DNA of 63,729 nucleotides, filler included, from Octopus bimaculoides (lineage: Eukaryota): the NCBI RefSeq assembly GCF_001194135.2. It is 6 parts of 6 records of this genome, joined end to end, with 100 filler letters (N's around TTAATTAATTAA, not from the genome) between each part and the next. Parts side by side here need not be neighbours in the genome. Positions count along the whole stretch, not along the records: positions 23,437 to 32,437 come from NC_068990.1; positions 32,538 to 34,632 come from NC_068996.1; positions 34,733 to 42,851 come from NC_068985.1; 3 more parts are not named here. The stretch is one strand, 5' to 3'. Made by a program: the position numbers and the translations under genes. Positions within the stretch are counted from its first letter, which is position 1; every line of letters starts with the position of its first letter. This document shows, one piece after another, positions 24,875 through 37,206 of this stretch. The notes under the pieces were generated by a model. The model was not told the DNA's origin, ran no database searches, and worked only from the letters and a program-made list of their open reading frames with translations.

Positions 24875-27800
24875 TAAGAAACGCTTCAGTGATCAACACT
24901 CCGATTGCGTTGCTGAATGACTGAGTTGTAATGTTGCTGTTTTTATTCAATTCTTTTAGTACGAGGTAAACTCTGTTTCTTTAGACGTACTAGCAAATTT
25001 TCCCTCAATTATTTTGCTGTACATGAAGCGACATTCTAAGTTGTTCTTTCTTCCTTTAAAATAAAAGGGTGCTAGTTAAAGAAGGTCCAAGCACATAGAT
25101 CCTTCCTTAACTCGTGTACTTGTAGTTTGTGTTCATTTGCCTTTGGTCAAGCTTGAACTATTTATATGATGAAAGTTAACTGTGGCAATCACTTCAGAGA
25201 CTTTCTTTAAATATAGCTGTGATCTATAGCTCTTATATCTAGCATATCGAAATCACGAAGTCGTATTCTTGTTGGCTCATGTAACCTTGCTTGTTTACCC
25301 TATGGTTAACGGCTGTCAAGTTGAATAGATTTCCTAGTCATTAGACACGTTAATATCTGTATACATTTGTTATTAACTGATTTTATTTTAACCGAGGAGA
25401 ACTGCCCTTCAGTTGTTTGTGAAACGATGGTGCTTACATCTGTTTAACTCTTTTTTGCATAATTAGGTAAATAATTTTAAATTAAATTAAGTATATATAA
25501 AGAAAACATGGTCAACCTAGGTTTTTCTCAGTCTGATATCGTTCTGATATCGTGACATGCCGAGAAATCGACTAAAAATTACACTACACTAACTGCTTGT
25601 ACCACAAAATTTTGCCACAGGCAGTATTGCATGTAACACTAAATTTCGGTTGCTTTGTCGAAAATATCAGGTGTATTCGTCTGAACCCCACAATTTTCTT
25701 ACGAAATGGTAATGGGAAGTTTCTAATTACTCTACAAATAGGCACTCAAATATAACGATATTTGTCTTAAAATTGTACAGATTATCAACAGAATTTTCAA
25801 ATAACTTTAAATGCTTCAAGTGAGCTGAAAAATTAAGGAATTACACCAACATAGCTGTTGAAATAATAATTTTACGGGAGTTTCTATCTACGGTTTCATT
25901 TCTAACTGTCACAATTAGAATGTTATACTATCATTTGAGTAGGAACATTGGTAGAGTACTACGAAGAATGGAGGTAGAAGTATGGGATAGAAAATGAAAA
26001 TGCTCGGATGTGTGAATATTGTTAGGACGTTCTCACACATTTGTTAGTGTTAATATTTCTGTTGTAATTCTTCTTACCGAAAGCGACTATTTCCATTATG
26101 GATGAAACCAGCCTTATTTTATAGATTCCGTAGAAACACGACTCAGAAAGTAAGTAACGTTAAGTAACGTAACAATACAGCATACTCAATCTATTCTTGT
26201 TCAGCCATGAATGAAATATGGTATATTCACATTGTCAGTGGAAGACACATTGTCGTTTTAAAAAGGGTGTTATTTTAACGCATCAGAATGTGTTTGGGTA
26301 GTAGAAAAGCACTTACGTTACATAATGTCTTATATGATATAGCTATGTCATAATACATTTTACATTGGGATCCTTTCGAAATCATCTTTAGTCACTCAGG
26401 GTTCTGAAACATAAGCCTTGTAAAATATTGACTTCGATGCAAATCGACTATTTTTCCGTGTGGCCTTGACCCAAAAGTCTATAATACTGTCACGATGTGT
26501 GTTCGAGTATTACGCTTTTAAGACAATTATCTAAAAATGAAATCGAAGCGATATATAATCGAACGATTTAACGTAATGAAAAATATTCAGTAAAACGCCC
26601 CAAACTACTTAATTAGCGAACAAAATCGGAGACATAATCGAAATATTGAATATAATGAAATATTATTGTGGAAATCTGCAAAATTATACATCCTAATAAA
26701 ATTAAAAGATATTTATCCAATGGGAAATTTCCACGGGTAAAACTTGGAGAAATTATGATCACTGGTAACACCAATAGAATTTCTATGGCTTGTGTAAGTA
26801 ATATACCTAGCGAATATAACTTTATCAAAACAACTTATACAATTAATGCCGTTCCTTCCAAAAATATAATTCTTTATAGATTAAGCGATATATATTTCCT
26901 TCGTGAATAACTATCCTTTAAATTAAAATTCACAGAGGAATATAACTAATGAAAATATTCAATTTTCCCAGAAATAATTTAAAATATTATTTATTCATAC
27001 TTCATTTCATTTATTAATCATATCTACGATAGCTTATAGCATTTGTTTGTAAGCTAAATTATATTTTGTGACCAAAATATTTCATTTGAATTAATTAACA
27101 CAATTCCTTTCGTAGACTTATAAATATTTCCGTAAGCAAAAACATTTTCTTTCGAATGAAATTTATGCACAAAATATAAGTAAGAAGAAATGTACTTTTG
27201 TATTAATATACAGAAATTAATATTCAAGTAACTAGTTAAGGCAGCGACTGGCACAATAATTAGAACGTCGGATAACATACATTGTAATATCTGTTTATCA
27301 TGGTTTAACAGCGAGAAGGTATCTTCTTTACTGCACCAGATATAATGCGCTTTGAAATTTTTTCAACTTTTCGATCTTAGTTCAAATGCCGCAGCAGTCG
27401 GCTTTGCCTTCTGTCTCCTACCGAGTTGACCCCAGTTATAAAGGGTCCATGTAATTGATTAATCATCACCCCAACCAAAAAAATTATTGAACTAAATCTA
27501 AAACCTATATTTCTATGATACGGTTTATACTTTCTAATTTTCTGCTTATAAATAAAAAGTTCTCCCTTGCGTGTCGGTAAAGGCAAGGAGGATATATACA
27601 ATAAATATATAGATTTAATCGAGTTAGTAACGTAGATATTCATATATCTATTAATACTCACAAGATCCACATCATCGTGCGCTCACACACGCACATACAC
27701 ACACATACAAAGAGAGAGACAGATAAACAAAGATTACTTATATGTTTCATAAGAATCTAGGCACATCAATAGAACGTCCGAAATGATTAGGTACTATATT

Positions 27801-27923
27801 ATAGGGTTCCCAGTGAGGTAAGACAACCATGAAGCTATCATGTGATTGTAGGATACTATAGATGCGTAAATACCAAATCCATTTGGACCGTAGATCCGAC
27901 CCAGAAAGCGAAGCGTTATAGAT

Positions 27924-28360
27924 CAGATATAGATATCGGCGGTCTATGGGGTTACTAAGGATTTCACGTGCATAAAGCACTTAACTTTATAGCGTTTCTT
28001 CAGACCCAAATGGTCGGTGGCCTATAACCTCTCTTTAAGGAGTAGGGAGAAATGACCTCGTTGCTAGTTGTTTAACACACAGACGAAAAAGTATTAAGCT
28101 AAGTGATTGTCTCCCTTAGACCGCTATCCGTAATCGAACCTGTTGGCATGTGGGTCCAAGGACTTCAGTAGGAATCTCTTGAAGTATAAGCAGGGTCCGA
28201 AGACTTCTGTCCTGAGAATTCACCAACTAGTAACGAGGTCGTTTCTCCCTCTTCTTTAAAGAGAGGTTACAGGCCACAGAAGAAGCACTCTAAAGCTAAG
28301 AGCTTTGTGGTAGTGAAAACCTGGATAACCCAATAGACCAGCGACGACTATCTTTATCTG
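27924..28360. repeat. Long imperfect inverted repeat (arms 27924-28070 and 28224-28360), probable PLE pseudo-LTR pair
   Basis: Core 28019-28070 vs 28224-28275 has 6 mismatches in 52 bp; homology continues outward; each arm has a hammerhead-like motif. Confidence 0.85.
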
Positions 28361-28417
28361 TCTGTGTGTAAATAAAATGAGACGACAAAGCCAAGGCAGC
28401 GTATAAAGGGAAAGGTA

Positions 28418-28465
28418 ATCTTACAGCTGTTTCAGGGATATGAAGGATATCCCTTCTTCAGAAAT
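28418..28465 (-). ncRNA. Minimal type I hammerhead ribozyme motif (PLE type)
   Basis: AUUU CUGAAGA AGGGAUAU-CCUUC-AUAUCCCU GAAA CAGCUG UA AGAU: full core, perfect 8-bp stem II, palindromic stem III, GUA cleavage triplet, 4-bp stem I. Confidence 0.8.
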
Positions 28466-28760
28466 GATATGAGAGAGTTGAATATAGGGAAATAGTAGAG
28501 TTCAATATAAGAAGTTATTTGGGAGACGGAGAGATATAGTAAGTATATTGTCCATGGTATGTAAATTCTGATAGGAGTTCATATTTTGTTATTACAAATG
28601 GATAGTGTGCAGACATTAATTCCATATGCTGCTCATTCAAAGGGGTCTTGTAGTGTGAATGAACTTTTGAGAAAGTACTGGTAGGGGTAAGTAGATAGAG
28701 AGAAGAGAATAGATGCGTTTCTAAAAACAGACCTAGGCGTTTCTTGTACTAAAGTGATAG
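28466..28760 (-). mobile_element. Probable PLE 3' end (ORF terminus and UTR) upstream of the hammerhead
   Basis: Weak QKFIHTTRPL/LNEQ resembling the ExxFIxxxxPxLN end of GIY-YIG PLE ORFs; co-oriented with the hammerhead. Confidence 0.35.
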
Positions 28761-28887
28761 TGGGGCTGATGAATCAGGGAGAGAAAGAAAATATGTATAT
28801 AGTTATACGGACACGCGCACACTTTTAAATATAAATCTGCATAGGTACTACAATATAGGCCCACATACTTATGTACCTATACACATA

Positions 28888-28941
<54 letters not shown>

Positions 28942-29669
28942 NNNNNNNNNNNNNNNNNNNNNNNNNNNNNNNNNNNNNNNNNNNNNNNNNNNNNNNNNNN
29001 NNNNNNNNNNNNNNNNNNNNNNNNNNNNNNNNNNNNNNNNNNNNNNNNNNNNNNNNNNNNNNNNNNNNNNNNNNNNNNNNNNNNNNNNNNNNNNNNNNNN
29101 NNNNNNNNNNNNNNNNNNNNNNNNNNNNNNNNNNNNNNNNNNNNNNNNNNNNNNNNNNNNNNNNNNNNNNNNNNNNNNNNNNNNNNNNNNNNNNNNNNNN
29201 NNNNNNNNNNNNNNNNNNNNNNNNNNNNNNNNNNNNNNNNNNNNNNNNNNNNNNNNNNNNNNNNNNNNNNNNNNNNNNNNNNNNNNNNNNNNNNNNNNNN
29301 NNNNNNNNNNNNNNNNNNNNNNNNNNNNNNNNNNNNNNNNNNNNNNNNNNNNNNNNNNNNNNNNNNNNNNNNNNNNNNNNNNNNNNNNNNNNNNNNNNNN
29401 NNNNNNNNNNNNNNNNNNNNNNNNNNNNNNNNNNNNNNNNNNNNNNNNNNNNNNNNNNNNNNNNNNNNNNNNNNNNNNNNNNNNNNNNNNNNNNNNNNNN
29501 NNNNNNNNNNNNNNNNNNNNNNNNNNNNNNNNNNNNNNNNNNNNNNNNNNNNNNNNNNNNNNNNNNNNNNNNNNNNNNNNNNNNNNNNNNNNNNNNNNNN
29601 NNNNNNNNNNNNNNNNNNNNNNNNNNNNNNNNNNNNNNNNNNNNNNNNNNNNNNNNNNNNNNNNNNNNN

Positions 29670-29736
<67 letters not shown>
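29670..29736 (+). repeat. (GATA)n microsatellite
   Basis: Direct reading. Confidence 0.95.
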
Positions 29737-30037
29737 GATTAAATGTGACCTACAAGAAGTTTTATGCTGTGATACTTCAATAAACGGACGAGCTTGTATA
29801 GTATGCCGTGTACTACCACGTATGAATCTAGATTTACACTTTAAATTTATATTTTATATTTCACAAACCGCAACTAGGAAAGCAAATAGCCTGAAAACAT
29901 AACACTAGATATATTATCCCACGTTCTAGTCACTCTGCTACCTCGGTACCTTAAGAATTTGCTTAGATACTAATATCTACATAGTCATTCAATACTATTT
30001 ACGTTTATATAATGTATGTATATATAATATATATAAG

Positions 30038-30084
<47 letters not shown>

Positions 30085-30686
30085 CGCCGTGTGTGTATCC
30101 GTATATTTCAACTTTCACAGACATTCATATATTATATACATGTCTACTTATGCATGCATATGTGTCTTTGCATGTGTACATAGGTGTGTATTGTTGAAGT
30201 ATCTAATATATTACGTCAGATATTTTACACAAATTTCAGTACTAGCAAGTTTTAAATCATATTATACGATATTAAAGATTGTTCGCATCTCTGAAAAACA
30301 AATATAACAATGATAACTAGCACATATTTTAAAGAAACGGTAAATAGGAAATGGTAGATGGCATCATTGTTTTAAAGGTAATTTAAGAAGCTTATTTTAT
30401 TTTAATTTCATACATATTAGCTGTGTCATTTAAGTACATTTTACTTGCGTCTTATCTTTATTTTCACTCTCCTATTTCCCTCCTCTCTCTCTCTCTGTTT
30501 CTCCCACTCTCTCTCCTAGTCTTTTGCCTCTGTTCATGTATTTCTTGTCTTCTCTGAACGTCAAGGCATAGACATGGGCGCATCTATTTATGTCTAAAGT
30601 TTGTCTATAAATATACACCCACGGAAATACAACAGTACCCAAACGCTCGTATGTGTACATGAACATATACATGCATAAATTCATCC

Positions 30687-30723
<37 letters not shown>

Positions 30724-32032
30724 NNNNNNNNNNNNNNNNNNNNNNNNNNNNNNNNNNNNNNNNNNNNNNNNNNNNNNNNNNNNNNNNNNNNNNNNNNNNN
30801 NNNNNNNNNNNNNNNNNNNNNNNNNNNNNNNNNNNNNNNNNNNNNNNNNNNNNNNNNNNNNNNNNNNNNNNNNNNNNNNNNNNNNNNNNNNNNNNNNNNN
30901 NNNNNNNNNNNNNNNNNNNNNNNNNNNNNNNNNNNNNNNNNNNNNNNNNNNNNNNNNNNNNNNNNNNNNNNNNNNNNNNNNNNNNNNNNNNNNNNNNNNN
31001 NNNNNNNNNNNNNNNNNNNNNNNNNNNNNNNNNNNNNNNNNNNNNNNNNNNNNNNNNNNNNNNNNNNNNNNNNNNNNNNNNNNNNNNNNNNNNNNNNNNN
31101 NNNNNNNNNNNNNNNNNNNNNNNNNNNNNNNNNNNNNNNNNNNNNNNNNNNNNNNNNNNNNNNNNNNNNNNNNNNNNNNNNNNNNNNNNNNNNNNNNNNN
31201 NNNNNNNNNNNNNNNNNNNNNNNNNNNNNNNNNNNNNNNNNNNNNNNNNNNNNNNNNNNNNNNNNNNNNNNNNNNNNNNNNNNNNNNNNNNNNNNNNNNN
31301 NNNNNNNNNNNNNNNNNNNNNNNNNNNNNNNNNNNNNNNNNNNNNNNNNNNNNNNNNNNNNNNNNNNNNNNNNNNNNNNNNNNNNNNNNNNNNNNNNNNN
31401 NNNNNNNNNNNNNNNNNNNNNNNNNNNNNNNNNNNNNNNNNNNNNNNNNNNNNNNNNNNNNNNNNNNNNNNNNNNNNNNNNNNNNNNNNNNNNNNNNNNN
31501 NNNNNNNNNNNNNNNNNNNNNNNNNNNNNNNNNNNNNNNNNNNNNNNNNNNNNNNNNNNNNNNNNNNNNNNNNNNNNNNNNNNNNNNNNNNNNNNTTTAT
31601 GTTTTATTTATATTCTTATAAAATGAAATGGTAAAATGAAAAATGAAATGAAGTGTTGAATGTCTTATTGAATATATGAAATATTGAGTATTAAATATAG
31701 AAAATCAAATATATGGATGCATTTGTGCGTGTATCTATTTTTCAGATGTATATAGTTTTTCAGAAGTAACCAGATTTGAAGTAACTTAAGAATTATTCAC
31801 AGTAACTAACAAGTAGATGTTTCTATATTCGTATATTATGGAATGCAGAACCCATTAAATAAACTATTGTGAGATGAAAAAAAAAAAGACAAGGTTTAAG
31901 TACCGATCCTCGATAAATTTAATTAATATCATTTTTTAGATGTTATAATACGAATACAAGTTATAAACTATACGATACTATAATAATTATTATTTTGGCT
32001 ATTAAAATTTGTAAGTCAAATACAACCATTGA

Positions 32033-32200
<168 letters not shown>

Positions 32201-32437
32201 TTTAATTAGTTAATGAATTAAATGAATGCAATTACACATAATTATTTAGTATAATGAAGAAGTCTTATTTGTAATATGTAATTAATATTGAATTACTAAT
32301 ATAATGATGTATTTCAAATTAACTACATGGATTAGCACTAGAAAGATTCAAAATATTCTGAATTAATTCATAAAAATTAATTTTCTAAATTTTATATTAT
32401 TATATAAATTAAGATTATAAAACTTAAAGATATGCAT

Positions 32438-32537
32438 NNNNNNNNNNNNNNNNNNNNNNNNNNNNNNNNNNNNNNNNNNNNTTAATTAATTAANNNNNNN
32501 NNNNNNNNNNNNNNNNNNNNNNNNNNNNNNNNNNNNN
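32438..32537. other. Artificial scaffold-joining spacer
   Basis: 44 N + TTAATTAATTAA + 44 N. Confidence 0.95.
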
Positions 32538-32949
32538 TGTGTGTGTGTGTGTGTGTGTGTGTGTACCAGTTGTTGGACCGGGCGTTGCTCGTGTTTTCCG
32601 TGTTGAAGTTAAGCCCACCTCTGGCCTTGTATTGAAATCTTCTACGTTCACCGTACCAACTATTACCCATTAAGATGTTATATCTGGTTCAGCAGGGATT
32701 TTACCTGGTTAACACTTTCGACATACTCCTACACACTGGACCGTCTGAAATCGCAGTCAAACTTTTGGGAGTACATCGACCCGTTGAGAGTGAGGTTTGT
32801 TTATTTCTCTCCCCTTAATGCCACGCTCTGTACAAAATTGATCAGTGTGTTCAATCGTAGCAAAATCCGAAGAAAAGTGTTAAGGTTATGTCATAAAATA
32901 AAATCCATATAACCATTTACATGAGAATATTCCATTGGCTTTTAAATCC

Positions 32950-33887
32950 CTATACATTATATGAATAATCGATGTCTCATATGTCGAAGTGCTTAATTTT
33001 ACTCTACCCATCGGTCAAAATCAGTCCATTATTTCATTCTGAGTGAATTTTGACGATTTCTGCCTTTCACCAGTTTAATTTTAATTTTACTACATGGCTC
33101 CGACCATAAACTTTACCTAAATGTCAAATTTCATCAAAATCGGATGAGTTCTGTAAAAGTTACAGCACAAAATATTAATCCTATGGGTAATTGCATACAA
33201 AAAGCCTATTGATTTATTAAAATTCCTTGCTCACGCGCAGTTATCGATTTTTTTGTCAACTCTTCATGCTGGCATCAACTAATGGACATGAATTGTAATC
33301 ACGTGTAAAATTTCTACAAAATCGATAAGAACGTCTCTAAGGAAATACTTATTTGCATTTGTGCCCTTTTCATGCCCTTTTGAATTAAATAAACACCTTT
33401 ACCGTCTCTCCTACCACAATATTTACCTACATCTCAAATTTCATTAAAATCGGATAAAAAATATAAAAGTTACGGCCAAAAATAATATCCCTACGAGTAC
33501 TTGCATGCAAAATGCCTATTGATCTTATAAAACCACTGTTCAGGCGCAATTATCAATTTTTTATCAACTCTATATCCTGACATCAACTCACAGCCATGAG
33601 CCTCGCTCACTCATCGATTTTCATTAAAATCGGACAAAAAAATGCAAAAGCAGCAGGAAAAGTAACATCATTATAGGAGTTTCCATCTAAACGCCTGATT
33701 GAGCTCACAAAAATCGATGCCAACTGAGCATTATCGAATTTTCGAAAAATTAAAATTATTCCGGCCTTCTTTGAACTTCAGGGCATGTGATATACCTCTG
33801 TGCCAAAGATCATTAAAATCGGTTGGACGGTGTGGGAGGAGTTAGAGTAACCCCAAGCACACACACAGACAGACACCATTACACATT

Positions 33888-33890
<3 letters not shown>
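32950..33890 (+). mobile_element. Helentron/Lep1-like non-autonomous element with an internal diverged direct repeat of about 310 bp
   Basis: Repeated AAATTTCATYAAAATCGG motifs; units at about 33095-33330 and 33405-33640; typical end AAAATCGGTTGGACGGTGTGGGAGGAGTTAGAGTAAC..ACAGACAGAC. Confidence 0.65.
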
Positions 33891-33971
<81 letters not shown>

Positions 33972-34091
33972 TTGCTGGTAGGGACCCTGTATTTCATTTT
34001 GTAACCATAATATACTAAGTATATTAAATGTTTATAAGTCAATGTTTATAAGTGCATTATTTTCATTTTTCAAGAGTATCCCAACAGATTT

Positions 34092-34555
34092 TCTATAGAA
34101 TTTAGAGTCAACTCTGAAAGTTACGACGTTTCGTCTACGAATGTTTCTATGTAAACAATGCAATCGAAAATGGAAAAGTTGGTAATGAGCGTATATACAT
34201 ATTTCAAGAGTTATTGTCCCTTCTTCAGCACCACATCCTTGAAAATATATTATGATTGCATAACGAAAAATACGGTCTCCTTATCACCAATTACTACGTA
34301 CGTACCAGTTGCAAGGAATATATTTAATAAATACAAACTGGTCTGTCCAATTGTGTTATACTGTTAAACTTAGTGTCAATCTAAGCAATGTGTTCGTAGA
34401 TGGTTAATGGGTTGGATGTGGTGTTGAAGAAGAAGAAACAATAACTGCTAAAATATGCATTTTCATCCATTACCTATTTAAAAAATTTTCGATCGCATTA
34501 TTTACATAGACGTAATTTCCAGTGCTGGCACTAAACTCTATAGAAGATCTGTAAA
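34092..34555. repeat. Long imperfect inverted repeat (arms about 34092-34238 and 34414-34555) with decayed hammerhead-like motifs
   Basis: Three matching blocks between the arms: ACAGAT..CTATAGA, CTATGTAAA..ATGC.ATCGAAAAT and CATATTT..AGTTATTGT..TTCTTCA.CACCACATCC. Confidence 0.8.
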
Positions 34556-34579
34556 GATAAATTTTAACACACACACATA

Positions 34580-34632
<53 letters not shown>

Positions 34633-34732
34633 NNNNNNNNNNNNNNNNNNNNNNNNNNNNNNNNNNNNNNNNNNNNTTAATTAATTAANNNNNNNNNNNN
34701 NNNNNNNNNNNNNNNNNNNNNNNNNNNNNNNN
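34633..34732. other. Artificial scaffold-joining spacer
   Basis: 44 N + TTAATTAATTAA + 44 N. Confidence 0.95.
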
Positions 34733-34736
34733 TATA

Positions 34737-34771
<35 letters not shown>

Positions 34772-35684
34772 TCACACACACACACACATATATAGTTGAA
34801 GTTTATAAAAAAAAACGAAAGACGAAGACAGGTGTATGAACAAGTGTATTAGTGCGACGCTCGGGAGAATGAAAAAGTTTAATAATAAATCAAAAAACAA
34901 AAATAAACAAGATTTTGACGGTTTCATAGATATTTCAAAATTATGATGTTATGATGCTAGGTGTTTCCATTATTTTGTCCAACCCCTGTATACACACACA
35001 CACATATTTCTCATATTCTTTTCTACTCTAGGCACAAAACCACAAATTTTTGTGGAGGGGGCCAGTTGCTTAGATCGTCCCGAGTACTTAATTTACTGAC
35101 CACGAAAGTATGAAAGGCATAGTGGACCTCAGCGGAATTTGAACTCAGAAACACATTTCTCATAGTGTAGTTTGCTATGTTCTATAGACAACCAGATGTA
35201 GATCAGTAATATTGATCTCAGGCTCATCGTCAAACTGGTAGTTAGGTTAAAGGCAGGTTGTGAGTGTTGAGATGACCAAAATGACTTGTGGTCAGATGGA
35301 GCCTGTACAGACATACATGTCTTGATGATCTCTGATGGTCACGTACCATTCTCGAGCTGGATCTCATAGAAAGTACAGAATGAAAAGGGATACAGCAGTT
35401 GTGCTGGACAGAAGGCCTAGCTATCGCACATGTTACAGTAACAGTCAACTGAGAGATTTCTGCAGTGAGGATCTAAAATGGTAGAGAGATCAGCGGCGGA
35501 TGGCTGTAGAGGCAGAACAGGACTTAGAAATAGTTTTTGTTTTCTTCAGAAAAGCGCCTGTACCAGCTCCGATGAGGTGAAAAAGCTACTTTGTTTCCAG
35601 TGCCAGCAGGTGACGACTAGGAAACCGATGGCCAAAAGGCTGAGACACTACTCCTTGTAGTAGTATCCCATTGTCTTGCAATAA

Positions 35685-35895
35685 TCCTTTCTACTAAAGG
35701 TACAAGGCCTGAAATTTGTGGGAAGGGGACTATCGATTATATCGATCCCAGTATTTCATTGGTACTTAATTTATCGACCCAGAAAGGAGGAATAGCAAAG
35801 TTGACCTCGGCGGAATTTGAACTCAGAACCTTAAGACTTACGAAATACCGCTAAGCTTTTCGTCCAGCGTGCTAACAATTTTGCCAGCTGGCCGC
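35685..35895 (-). mobile_element. SINE family B
   Basis: Reverse complement of 38397-38606. Confidence 0.9.
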
Positions 35896-36109
35896 ATTTC
35901 GTCTTGCAATAATAATAATAAATGAATGGTGGCTGAAAAAGAGTGACGGTATGTAGATAACGAAAAATGAGAAAAAAGGACGAAAATGATAAATTTATTT
36001 CGCAAAAATTGTCCAAAACACGGAGAAGGGTCCAGTCCCCCATTACTCTAAGGCAGCGAACGATACACGAATGTTCACATCACAACCAGTTTCTATATTC
36101 TGTTGTCTA

Positions 36110-36430
36110 AGGCCAGTGGTTCAGTGGTTAGAGAGCCAGTCTTACAATCACGAGGTTGTGAGTTCGATTCCCGGACCGAGCTGTGTGTTATGTTCTTGAG
36201 CAAGACACTTTATTTCACGTTGCTCCAGTTCACTCAGCTGTAGAAATGAGTTGCAACGTCACTGGTGCCAAGCTGTATCGGCCTTTGTGTTTCCCTTGGA
36301 TAGGGAGACAAGTATCCATGGGTGACTGCTGATCTTGCATAAACAACCTTGCGCAGGGTTGTGCGTTGCAGGAGAACTTTTTAGATACAATCTTAAAGTT
36401 CCCTTGGTTATTCATAACCGAAGGAGGGCT
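36110..36430 (+). mobile_element. tRNA-derived SINE with a CORE-like domain (family E)
   Basis: A box TGGTTCAGTGG, B box GAGTTCGATTCCC, then TTCTTGAGCAAGACACTTTA..CAGTTCACTCAGCTGTAGAAATGAG resembling the MIR CORE. Confidence 0.75.
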
Positions 36431-36506
36431 TTACCTTTTATCCTAAGGCCAAATATATAGTGCGTGTGTTTAGTTGGCAAAATATGACCATCCCCAACTA
36501 TAACAG

Positions 36507-36541
<35 letters not shown>

Positions 36542-36873
36542 TGAATGGCCTGGAAAACATCCATGTGGACAATGTGCTGTCTTGGGCGAAGTCTGTGTGA
36601 AGTTCATAGAAATCGTAGGGTGATCGCGTCCAAGCAAGCATGTGGTTCCTTACTCTTGTGTGGACGGGTTAAACAAATTTCTTTCTCATTTTAAAATTTT
36701 AGTGACACCTACTTTGTCTTATTGAGTGCTTTTATTTTGAGTTTTTAAATATGCTTATTTTGTAACATCTTTACTCTTCCCCTCATTTTCATACAATTTG
36801 ATCTTGTTTATACACCCAGTTATACGTGACGTTTAATTTGTATGAAGTAAGGACCCTTGTGGCCAATAAAGAA

Positions 36874-36932
<59 letters not shown>

Positions 36933-37164
36933 CATAGTCGTTGTTGTTGTTGTTGTTGTTTGTCGCATGGGAAGTGTCTTACTAGCCGACGTATAATACA
37001 TCTAACGGCGAAATTGTTTGTAATGTAAGAAGCTATGTGAGACATTACATTCTTTATTTATTCTTTGTTCCTATCTTGTTTGACCACACCTAGAGAAGCA
37101 ATTAAATATCATAATTGGGGCTATTTGTGAATTCACTCGCTCCCTCCCTCTCCCTCTCTCGCTG

Positions 37165-37206
<42 letters not shown>

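Noticed and set aside
26668-26910. 80-aa AT-rich ORF
   Set aside because: GTG start right after a stop, no recognisable motif or splice context.
27888-27906. CCGTAGATCCGA resembling miR-100/miR-10
   Set aside because: Only a partial match; no complementary star arm or pre-miRNA hairpin.
28762-28795. Plus-strand CUGAUGA..GAAA
   Set aside because: No credible stems I, II or III.
35140-35660. GC-richer segment with an APSDHK motif (minus) and an RQ.CVL-like motif (plus)
   Set aside because: Probably a LINE relic, but the motifs conflict in orientation and cannot be assigned.
36113-36180. tRNA-like sequence
   Set aside because: No acceptor stem, and it continues into a SINE body; the same applies to the other SINE heads.
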